From Bdellovibrio sp. (GTDB lineage Bacteria > Bdellovibrionota > Bdellovibrionia > Bdellovibrionales > Bdellovibrionaceae): a stretch of DNA of 64,000 nt. Position numbers and translations under genes: made by a program. Below are positions 31,045-39,802 of the stretch, in pieces (position 1 is the stretch's first letter; each line of letters begins with the position of its first letter). The stretch is taken from the NCBI GenBank assembly GCA_036676395.1, contig JAKFCY010000002.1:2048001-2112000 (forward strand), given 5' to 3'. The notes under the pieces were generated by a model. The model did no database searches and was not told where the DNA came from. It was given only the letters and a program-made list of their open reading frames with translations.

Positions 31045-31428
31045 TTATTTTAGTTCGACTAAAATTTCTTCGGTAGCACCTTTGTATTTATACTTTGCTA
31101 AAACACCTACAACAGGGTGTTTTGCAGCCGTGGCAGCTTTTGCATCCCAGTGGTGACCGTCTGGGCGAATTGTCCATGTTGTTGGAATCAACTCTTCTTG
31201 TTTTGCACTTTTTGTAACAACACTAATCACAACATCAGATACATCTTTTGCTTTTACTTTGTTAATAATATCAAAAGTAAATACGAAAGGCTTTTTTAAA
31301 TCAGGTTTTTCATCGTGGCCAATGTGGGCACACATGTCTTTTGTTGTTGTGCTGCAAAAATCTTTCGTTTTAAATTCATGAGCCATTGCCGGTGCAGATA
31401 TTAATAAGATTGTTAATAGTAATTTCAT
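31045..31428 (-). CDS. Small secreted hypothetical protein
   Basis: Signal peptide (AMA), GGAG RBS. Confidence 0.75.
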   Translation of the reverse strand: MKLLLTILLISAPAMAHEFKTKDFCSTTTKDMCAHIGHDEKPDLKKPFVFTFDIINKVKAKDVSDVVISVVTKSAKQEELIPTTWTIRPDGHHWDAKAATAAKHPVVGVLAKYKYKGATEEILVELK

Positions 31429-31474
31429 TTTATACTCCTTGGATTTATCCTACAGAAGCACTTATAAAAAACAA

Positions 31475-32217
31475 CTATTTAAGACCCGGATAAGCAGCTT
31501 TAAGAGCTTTCATTTTCTCTTCAGCTGCTTTTTTGATGATCGAATTTTTACTGGCGGCCTGCTCAACAAGATTACTGTATTCGTTGTGAATCTGATTGCT
31601 CAACGCATCTTGATAACCTGGTTTACCCGAATAACTTTTTTTGATATCGCGCTCAATCTGTACCCATTTTGCTTTGGTGATTTCGTTAAGCTGCTGAACT
31701 TGACCTGATTTAGCGGCAGCTTCTTCAAGTTGCATCAGTTCACGCTCTGACTTTGTGGCTAGAGTTCTTTTGGCCGAACTTGCATCTTTTAGATCAACAC
31801 CGCTTTTCTTAACGTAAGCTTTGTAAGCTCTGTTGTAGGCATCAGCAGCTTCAGCATGCAAACGGTGATACCATTGCGAAGCCCGATCTTTGTTTCATCA
31901 GTAGAAAAATACGGTTTACCGATATTAACAAAATAATCGCCCACACCGATCATACAGCCCGTGGCCCAGTCGGCAGAAGACGATAACCAACTTTGATTTT
32001 GATCACCGTTACAAATTAATGAACGATCCGAGGCCGTGCCGCCCGCTTCATTAATTTCTTGATACACTTTTTGACATTGCTTTGAGGTTTTAGTTTCTTC
32101 ACAACTAAGCTTTACCAGATCTGTCAGAGATTCAGATCTAAGATCACATCTTTCTGCAGCGAATGCAGAAAAGACAAAAGATATAGAAAGAAAAAATGTT
32201 TAAAACCATGTCGTCAT
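31475..32217 (-). pseudogene. Disrupted secreted-protein gene
   Basis: ATG 32217 MTTWF*TFFLSISFVFSAFA: TAA at 32202-32200 inside the signal peptide, then in frame with ORF 32067-31789; frame change to ORF 31861-31475. Confidence 0.7.
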
Positions 32218-32226
32218 ACGAATAAA

Positions 32227-32253
32227 TTATCGGTTTTTTAACAGGGCTACTAA
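32227..32253 (-). promoter_or_regulatory. Putative sigma28 promoter
   Basis: TTAG-N15-ACCGATAA, 9 nt before ATG 32217. Confidence 0.6.
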
Positions 32254-32385
32254 ACTTGACTAGACCTTCGCAGATGAAAGGTTATTACTGGTGAAACTGT
32301 TACTGTAGGTTCTGGCATTTCTGCTAACCTAATCGGTCAACACTGCCGTTTTTTATCTAAATAGTTTTATTTAAATAAATGCTCT

Positions 32386-32422
32386 ATAGAATCGCCGACT
32401 TTACCGTCGGCGATTCTATTTT
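32386..32422 (+). terminator. Strong hairpin with T-tail
   Basis: atagaatcgccgac-tttacc-gtcggcgattctat, 14-bp perfect stem. Confidence 0.7.
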
Positions 32423-32437
32423 AATTACCGCTGGGAA

Positions 32438-32453
32438 TGGCTTGCCGCTTGCG
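32438..32453 (+). promoter_or_regulatory. Putative sigma54 promoter
   Basis: tGGcttgccgcttGCg. Confidence 0.5.
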
Positions 32454-32504
32454 TCGCACCTGATTAGGCGATTGAAAATTTAAGCAGCTTTGTTAAGATT
32501 TGCC

Positions 32505-34193
32505 ATGGCTAGTGTCGATTTCCAGTTATTATTTGAAAATGCTCCGGGTCTTTATTTGATTCTTAATCCTCAATTCATCATTGAGGGTGTCAGTAATAAC
32601 TACACTAAAGCCACATTGACTACCCGCGATTACCTTATCGGAAAACACATTTTTGAAGCTTTTCCAGATAACCCTGATGATCCGACAGCCTCGGGCACAG
32701 CAAATCTGGGAGCTTCGTTAAAACGCGCTCTTGATTTAAAAAAACCCGATGCGATGGCCGTGCAAAAATATGATATTCGCCTAGCTAGCGGCGATTTCGA
32801 AGCCCGTTACTGGAGCCCGATTAATACTCCGGTACTCAACGCAAATGGTGACGTGATTTATATTATTCACCAAGTTGAAGATGTCACCGAGTTTATGAAA
32901 CTTAAAACTGATCGTATTGAATTATTATCACGTGCTGATCAAATGGAAGCTGAAGTTGTTCGTCGGGCGCAAGAAATTCAGGAATCTAATAAACAACTGC
33001 GCCAACTGAATGAAGAACTTTCAGTGGCAAAAGAACAAGCTCTAAGTACATCACGTTTAAAATCTGATTTCTTGGCCAATATGTCTCACGAAATCAGAAC
33101 GCCGATGAATGGTGTGCTTGGTATGTCTGGGCTATTATTAGATACGCCATTAAATCCAGAGCAATTAGACTACACCCTATCGGTGCGAAAATCGGCTGAA
33201 AGTTTACTGGCTATTATTAATGATATTTTGGATTTTTCAAAAATCGAAGCCGGTAAACTGACTTTTGAAAATGTGGATTTTAATCTTAGTCATTGTTTAC
33301 ATGAAGTTAAAGATTCTTTTGCAATGAGTTTAACTGAAAAAAAACTTACGCTAACCATTAATAACGACCCACAGCTTCCTGCAGTTTTAAATGGTGACTC
33401 TGGCCGCTTTCAGCAAATTTTACGTAACTTAGTTTCTAATGCGATCAAGTTTACGCCGCAGGGCTCAGTTACTGTGACCACAAAAAAACGCGACATTACA
33501 GATTCTGCAATTGAGCTTTATGTTGAAGTTAAAGATTCAGGTATTGGTATTGATTCGAAACTGCATACAACTTTATTTGAAAAATTCTCGCAAACCGATT
33601 CTTCGAACACGCGTAAATACGGCGGCACAGGTCTGGGCTTATCAATTTGTAAAAGTTTAGTTCACATGATGGGCGGAATTATCGGCTTAAGCAGTGAACC
33701 TGGTAAAGGTTCAACATTTTGGTTTACCGCAAAGCTTCAGCCTGCAAAATCTCAAAGTGTTCCATTACAAAATCAGATGATTCCCCAGTTTACTCACGAA
33801 AAAATTAATGGACGCATCCTTGTCGCTGAAGACAATGCGATCAATCAAAAAATTGCTTTAAAAATCGTAGAAAAAATGGGTTGTCGTGCCGATGCCGTCG
33901 GTAACGGTAGCGAAGCGATCGATGCCGTAGCAAATATTCCATATGATTTAATTTTGATGGATTGTCAGATGCCTGAAATGGATGGCTTTGAAGCCACGGC
34001 TAAAATTCGCGAAATCGAAAAGGCTTCGGGTAAAAAAAGAATTCCGATTGTGGCACTGACAGCCTCGGCGATGGGTGCTGATCAGCAAAAATGCATTGAT
34101 GTCGGCATGGATGATTATTTAACTAAACCTGTCGATTTTCAAAAAGTATGGTTAGTTTTAGAAAAATGGCTTAAACAAAATCCTACGCCTTAG
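32505..34193 (+). CDS. PAS hybrid sensor histidine kinase/response regulator
   Basis: [27 protein letters not shown], receiver LILMDCQMP. Confidence 0.93.
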   Translation: MASVDFQLLFENAPGLYLILNPQFIIEGVSNNYTKATLTTRDYLIGKHIFEAFPDNPDDPTASGTANLGASLKRALDLKKPDAMAVQKYDIRLASGDFEARYWSPINTPVLNANGDVIYIIHQVEDVTEFMKLKTDRIELLSRADQMEAEVVRRAQEIQESNKQLRQLNEELSVAKEQALSTSRLKSDFLANMSHEIRTPMNGVLGMSGLLLDTPLNPEQLDYTLSVRKSAESLLAIINDILDFSKIEAGKLTFENVDFNLSHCLHEVKDSFAMSLTEKKLTLTINNDPQLPAVLNGDSGRFQQILRNLVSNAIKFTPQGSVTVTTKKRDITDSAIELYVEVKDSGIGIDSKLHTTLFEKFSQTDSSNTRKYGGTGLGLSICKSLVHMMGGIIGLSSEPGKGSTFWFTAKLQPAKSQSVPLQNQMIPQFTHEKINGRILVAEDNAINQKIALKIVEKMGCRADAVGNGSEAIDAVANIPYDLILMDCQMPEMDGFEATAKIREIEKASGKKRIPIVALTASAMGADQQKCIDVGMDDYLTKPVDFQKVWLVLEKWLKQNPTP

Positions 34194-34262
34194 GTCCTAA
34201 CGTGACGCAATTTATCGTTACACGAAAATTTTATCTCGCCTTTATCCCCTTCTGGTAAAAAC

Positions 34263-34278
34263 TGGATCAACTCTTGCA
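34263..34278 (+). promoter_or_regulatory. Putative sigma54 promoter
   Basis: tGGatcaactcttGCa. Confidence 0.5.
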
Positions 34279-34323
34279 CGAAAAACATCCGAAAATCTTT
34301 ACATAACTTTCGAAAGGATTTTC

Positions 34324-35055
34324 ATGTCGGCAAGAAATTTGTCTTTAGCCCTATTTTTATCATTATGTCCAATCACTTTATTGGCACAAACTACTAGCGC
34401 ATCTGAAGAAACAACACACGAGGTTGTCTTACCAAAATCCGTACAGGATCGTTTAGATTTTAAAAAGAATGTACCTAATACTTTAACTGAAGAAATTACA
34501 GCTGAAGATATTGTCCAATCTGGTACAAACTATGACTATGTTGACCCTAGTCGAGTGATTCCAAAAAAACTGCGTGATGCGGCACTTGCCTATTTTGATG
34601 TGAATAAGAAAAATTTTGCGAATCAAAAATATCTATCGATTGTCGATTTTTCGGTGCACTCATCTAAATCACGTTTTTACTTAGTTGATATGACAACCGG
34701 AAAAGTTTCAGCATTACACACTTCGCATGGTAAAGGTTCTGACTCAAACAATGATGGCTACGCCGAACGTTTTAGTAATGTGTCAGGCAGCGAGATGTCT
34801 TCACTGGGCTACTTTCGCGTAGCCGAGACTTATCATGGCAAACACGGTCTTTCTATTCGCCTAGACGGCTTATCTTCAACAAATTCAAAAGCCCGCGCCA
34901 GAGCTGTTGTTGTTCACAGTGCAAGTTATGTCAGCGAAGAAAAGAAAAAAGCCGGCCGCAGTTGGGGCTGTTTTGTTCTAGATCCAAAATATCACTCTTC
35001 AGTGGTTGCTAAGATTAAAAACGGAAGCCTACTTTACGCTAATCTTTCTAAATAA
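34324..35055 (+). CDS. Murein L,D-transpeptidase catalytic-domain protein (YkuD_2-like)
   Basis: Signal peptide; SHGKGS, SSLG, RAVVVHSA, GRSWGCF. Confidence 0.88.
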   Translation: MSARNLSLALFLSLCPITLLAQTTSASEETTHEVVLPKSVQDRLDFKKNVPNTLTEEITAEDIVQSGTNYDYVDPSRVIPKKLRDAALAYFDVNKKNFANQKYLSIVDFSVHSSKSRFYLVDMTTGKVSALHTSHGKGSDSNNDGYAERFSNVSGSEMSSLGYFRVAETYHGKHGLSIRLDGLSSTNSKARARAVVVHSASYVSEEKKKAGRSWGCFVLDPKYHSSVVAKIKNGSLLYANLSK

Positions 35056-35079
35056 TAACTATAGCGCTTAATTTAAGCA

Positions 35080-35119
35080 AAAACGTCTTTTAATCTTTAA
35101 AAGGCGTTTTAGTTTTTTT
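35080..35119 (+). terminator. Intrinsic terminator
   Basis: aaaacgtcttttaa-tct-ttaaaaggcgtttt followed by a T-run. Confidence 0.6.
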
Positions 35120-35307
35120 CATTTTTAAATAAAAAAATTAATTACAATTTATTTTACAAAATTAACGCACTATTTTTTCCGCAAAATAGATAAAAGTGCC
35201 ATTAAATTTGAGTGTATTTTCGTCACGCAATTCTTAAAAAATTATTAGATTGAATCAAAAAAAAATTCGATCAAGCATAGCAGCTCTTTAAAAAAAGGAA
35301 CTCTGCT

Positions 35308-36585
35308 TTGAACCTCCCTGAACTTAATTTGTCTCATTCTCCTGTAGTCAGCTATCTGATGAATTCTGTGAAAATTGCAGAAGTCACAGAATCTACTGAT
35401 TTTACAAAAGTCGTGTTAAGCGTTGAAAGCTTAATAGTTAAAGAGATGACGGTAAGACATTTAATGAGTCAAATTCAGGACAAGTACGAAAAACTTTACA
35501 ATAAACCTGCGCTGATCGAATTTATTATTGAAAGTCGCCAGCAATCATTATTGGATTATTCAACAGAGTCAGAAACAGCTCCCATTGCATCTTCTATTCA
35601 GGTAGCCGTGGCAGCACCAACGTTTCAATTTAAAAATAAGTATGAGCTTTCAAGACAATATAGTTTTGACACCTTGATTCCGACTTTAGAAAATACTTTT
35701 TCGGTTCAATCACTACAGGCGATTGTTACTGATAAATCAATCACCATGCCTTTTGCTCTTATTAAAGGCCCATCAGGCGCTGGCAAAAGCCATATGTTAC
35801 ATGCCGCTGGCTGGTTAGCTCTTTCGCAATACCCTAACCTACGCGTTAAAGTGATCAGTGGTGATGAGTTTATTAATGATTTTCAAACGGCGATTTTTAC
35901 AAAAACAACCGGTGCTTTTCGTGATAAGTACCGTTTAAAAACAGACTTATTATTAATTGATGATATTCAGGCTATTGCCAGAGCTAAAGCCACACAATTA
36001 GAGCTATTCAATTTAATGAATGATTATAGCCTGGCCGGTAAGAAAATATTTTTCACCTCAGATAGTGACTTAATGGCGATTGATACTATTGAAGAACGCC
36101 TGAAATCACGCTTTCAATCGGGCTTACAGCTTCACCTTGAAGCCCCTTGTTATGATTCAAAAATGAAATACTTTCGGGCGCAGCTTGATAATCATCAATT
36201 AAGCTTAAATGCAGATTTACAGACAAACACCAGCCAACACTTTGGCAGCTGTTACCGTAGCGTTGAAGGCATTGTTAATCGCTTAATTATGCTTAAAAAA
36301 ATCAATGGCTATCTAGATGTGCAAGCTGTTGAAAAAATGTTTCCCGTGCAATCGAAAGAAAAAATTAAAAACCTTTCAGCTGATTCAATCATTGAAGAAA
36401 CTGCACTTAAGCACAAATTAAAAGTCTCAGATCTAAAAGGTAAATCCAGAACAAAATTGATTTTTGCTGCCCGCAAAGAAGCTATTATGCGTTTACGTGA
36501 TGAATTAAAATTAACGGTTGCTGATATTTCCAGAATTTTTCAAAAAGATCACACGTCTATATTGAATGCTTTAAAAGCTAATTAG
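35308..36585 (+). CDS. dnaA: DnaA-like replication initiator paralogue (diverged)
   Basis: Walker A GPSGAGKSH, Walker B LLLIDDIQ, EERLKSRF, RSVEGIV, domain IV KDHTSILNA; TTG start with AAGGA RBS. Confidence 0.8.
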   Translation: MNLPELNLSHSPVVSYLMNSVKIAEVTESTDFTKVVLSVESLIVKEMTVRHLMSQIQDKYEKLYNKPALIEFIIESRQQSLLDYSTESETAPIASSIQVAVAAPTFQFKNKYELSRQYSFDTLIPTLENTFSVQSLQAIVTDKSITMPFALIKGPSGAGKSHMLHAAGWLALSQYPNLRVKVISGDEFINDFQTAIFTKTTGAFRDKYRLKTDLLLIDDIQAIARAKATQLELFNLMNDYSLAGKKIFFTSDSDLMAIDTIEERLKSRFQSGLQLHLEAPCYDSKMKYFRAQLDNHQLSLNADLQTNTSQHFGSCYRSVEGIVNRLIMLKKINGYLDVQAVEKMFPVQSKEKIKNLSADSIIEETALKHKLKVSDLKGKSRTKLIFAARKEAIMRLRDELKLTVADISRIFQKDHTSILNALKAN

Positions 36586-36586
36586 C

Positions 36587-39500
36587 CTACGGATCTAAAA
36601 TCCTAGCCACTCCGCCTAAGCCATTTTGTAAGATCGGAAAAATAATCGAATTCTGCGCAGGATCCCAAGTCATCGAATAACCATCACAACTGATCGTTTC
36701 ACTTGGCCAAAATAAAGCCGTTTCGTTCGATGTGTTCAGATTATATTTATACACCTTACCCCCAGAGCAGTAATACACATGCGGAATACCGGTTTTCACG
36801 ACGTAGTAAAAAGACTGAGCCCCGCGCGGTAAACTGACAAGGTTGCCGATTTCTCCGCCTTCAACCGCGGTGTGAATAATTGAACTGCCGATATGATGAA
36901 TCAACCAATAGTTATTCACAGAATCCCACTGCGCTTTTGAAAAAGAATTAAAATTTGTCGGAGCTTTACAAGTCGCCAGCGTGCTACTGACCGCACAGCT
37001 ATCAAGTGAACCGACATTCACGCCAAGCAGCCCGGCAAAGTGAGTCTGGGTACCACCTGATGTGCTATAAAGTTTAATCATTGAATTGACTTGGGTTGTT
37101 CCGTTCCATTGATGAAATGAGCGCATGATTTGTGAGCCATTATAACCCATTGGCCCTTGAGCATAACCCGAGATTGAAATTTGATTTCCAAGCAATGTAT
37201 CACCTGCTGTGTAATCAGTTCCACCACCGCCGGCGATATCAGACCATAAACCTGTGGCACGCGTTAAGCGTGAAAGATATGAACCATTACGAGTATAAAA
37301 AATATCACCAGTGGGCGCATCGACTGAAAATGGATATGTGGCCCCCCAGTATTTAACCGTGATCGGTTGACTGACTGCAGGGCTTACGGTGTTGGGTGCG
37401 CTATCAGATCCGTTACCGGCAACTAAAGACATGGTTCCGCCGGCGATAAATTCGCGAATTCTAAATTCATTATTATCAGCTACGATAATTCGTCCATCAG
37501 CGGCACGGTCAATCCATAGCACCCGCGATAAGCGAGCCGACGTGGCTTTTGAACCATCTCCGAAAGCTAATGACTGGCCAAATAAAGTTTGTACTTTATT
37601 TGCCGCATCGATCACACGAATGCGGTTTCTATCCATGAAATAAACTTGCCCGACCGGACTTACATAAATATCAGTTAAATCTGTATTACACGAAAGCGCA
37701 TCTGCGCCATCAAGACATTGCCCTTTGGTGCCCGTACCTAATATGCGAACCCACGCGTTCGTCAGCGGATTATAACGGTGAATTCCTTGCTTATCAAAGT
37801 GATCGACATTGTACATCACACCACTCATCGCAGTAAAAGTATTATCATCAGCCCAATAAGTGACATACGGAATATGCGGAGCTTCAACACCGCCGTGAGT
37901 TGGATTATAACTTACGCTGCGCGGAGTGTGGCCACCAGTGGTTGGAATAATCGAGCGTGAACGAATTTTTGTTACTGTTGAGGTATCCGGATCAAAAGTG
38001 ATTCCGAAATTGTAAATTGAGTACGTACTTGGATCAAAACCAGCATCTTCAAGAGAACCTGTACCTGACGGAGTGATAATATAAACTTTTTGATCAGCGG
38101 CATTGTAATAACGAACTTTGGCCCCGGCATTACGTGAGCGCATAAAGTCATCACTAATTTGAAACCAGATATTCCCATTCGGAAGAATCGTAAATAACAC
38201 ATATTCAAAACTGCTACCTATTGGATTAATTTGAAAATCACTGGCTAAAGTTGCATTGGCGTTGCTATTACCCCCGCCAATTAAAGTCGTGATTTGTCCT
38301 GTTGTAAAATTAATTTTTCGAATTAGATCGTAGTCATAAATGATTAAATTTTCTGAAGCATCGAGTGACATCTTGATTGGATTTTTTAAGCTCGCGGTAG
38401 CAATATTGCCGTTTACCGCAGTGCCATTGATTGGCATATATAATTTTAATAAGCCATCATAAGGATTAATTTGCAATAATCCCCGTTCATCTAAAACATA
38501 AACATTACCATCACTGCGCACGACGAAGCGGCCTTGTCCGGTATTATTAGTGCCCGCGGCATTACGCGTTTTAAAAATGGCCGAGGCCGCACTGCCGTTT
38601 AAACCTAAATCGGTATTACCGGCAATAATAGAAAATGGTGTGGTGTTGTTTGGCGGAGCCGAGGCATAACTAATTAAACCCGTTGTATCTGCAACGCCCA
38701 CCCGAATTTTAAAATAAGTTGAAAATGGTGACCCGTTTGTCCACCGGTAACAGCCAGTGGCATTGCCATCAATAGTACACCCTGCTCCGGCCACGTTCGG
38801 AATACCGCTGACAACAGAATTAAAAATTTCTTCATCGGCGGTAAAAGAAATCGTGATCGCATCAGCAGGAAGAGCAATATCGTCAGTGGCGGCCCATTTA
38901 ATAAAAACAGATTGCCCTGCCGGAATAAATAAATCCGCTTCTGAAATTGGGCTTCCCGGAGTATCAGAATTTAACGCCAGTACATTGGTGATTTCAGGGG
39001 CTTGCGGCGGCGTATATGTGGTGTCAAATTTATCGATACCGATGGTGCCCGAAGCCGTATTAGAAAGTGAAGAAATCGCGCCCGCTTCACTTTTGGCCCA
39101 CGCATAGATTGAATAGGTTGCTTGCACATAACCGATACTAAAATTAAATCCAGAAAAAGTAATGGCTGTTGCTGGCAATATCGGTGGGTTAATCCCATCA
39201 AGAGTTTTCCAGCAAGCATCGTTTTTAGGTGGATCAGCAGGTGCCGGAGTTCCGATTTGTGATTTTAAACAAAACTGATTAATTTTTAAATTCGTGTGAT
39301 TTGCCGTCAGTGCAATTTGCACCACATTAGAATCTGTTGCGGTGGCTCCGCCGTCGGCAGCAAGAGTTTGCACGACAGGTTTAATCGTATTTACACGTAA
39401 GGTAATACTGGCCGTGGGTAAATTTTCGTTTTGCCAGGCACCGACAAAGTTTTTTCCGATCACACAGACGGTAAAAAAATCATCGACGGTATTTACCGGC

Positions 39501-39802
39501 GGAGTAAAATAAAAACTTGTTGCAATTGATTCTTCAGTGGCCGCAAGTAAATTTGCCGCAACCCCTGGACTATTACAGGTGCCTGAAGTGATCAGCACGG
39601 CTTTATATGCAAGAATTCCGGGCCCGCCGACGGTGATATAGCGCTGACTGGTATCATTACTTGGTGTTGCACCGATTCCGACTGAGCTAACTGAGGCAAA
39701 GACTGGATAAATTGATCTTTTCCAAAAGGCCATATTCGGAAAAAACGCATTTCCGAAAAAACCGTAAAATATAAAAAGAATAATTAAACTTATCTTCATC
39801 AT
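36587..39802 (-). CDS. Large secreted protein with Ig-like region and NHL-like beta-propeller repeats
   Basis: Signal peptide; repeated IAG...G.G..A..A blades; paired Cys; ATGA-coupled to the upstream fibre gene. Confidence 0.8.
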   Translation of the reverse strand: MMKISLIILFIFYGFFGNAFFPNMAFWKRSIYPVFASVSSVGIGATPSNDTSQRYITVGGPGILAYKAVLITSGTCNSPGVAANLLAATEESIATSFYFTPPVNTVDDFFTVCVIGKNFVGAWQNENLPTASITLRVNTIKPVVQTLAADGGATATDSNVVQIALTANHTNLKINQFCLKSQIGTPAPADPPKNDACWKTLDGINPPILPATAITFSGFNFSIGYVQATYSIYAWAKSEAGAISSLSNTASGTIGIDKFDTTYTPPQAPEITNVLALNSDTPGSPISEADLFIPAGQSVFIKWAATDDIALPADAITISFTADEEIFNSVVSGIPNVAGAGCTIDGNATGCYRWTNGSPFSTYFKIRVGVADTTGLISYASAPPNNTTPFSIIAGNTDLGLNGSAASAIFKTRNAAGTNNTGQGRFVVRSDGNVYVLDERGLLQINPYDGLLKLYMPINGTAVNGNIATASLKNPIKMSLDASENLIIYDYDLIRKINFTTGQITTLIGGGNSNANATLASDFQINPIGSSFEYVLFTILPNGNIWFQISDDFMRSRNAGAKVRYYNAADQKVYIITPSGTGSLEDAGFDPSTYSIYNFGITFDPDTSTVTKIRSRSIIPTTGGHTPRSVSYNPTHGGVEAPHIPYVTYWADDNTFTAMSGVMYNVDHFDKQGIHRYNPLTNAWVRILGTGTKGQCLDGADALSCNTDLTDIYVSPVGQVYFMDRNRIRVIDAANKVQTLFGQSLAFGDGSKATSARLSRVLWIDRAADGRIIVADNNEFRIREFIAGGTMSLVAGNGSDSAPNTVSPAVSQPITVKYWGATYPFSVDAPTGDIFYTRNGSYLSRLTRATGLWSDIAGGGGTDYTAGDTLLGNQISISGYAQGPMGYNGSQIMRSFHQWNGTTQVNSMIKLYSTSGGTQTHFAGLLGVNVGSLDSCAVSSTLATCKAPTNFNSFSKAQWDSVNNYWLIHHIGSSIIHTAVEGGEIGNLVSLPRGAQSFYYVVKTGIPHVYYCSGGKVYKYNLNTSNETALFWPSETISCDGYSMTWDPAQNSIIFPILQNGLGGVARILDP

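Noticed and set aside
35120..35307. AT-rich region before the dnaA-like gene as oriC
   Set aside because: No convincing DnaA-box cluster and no dnaN/gyrB context.
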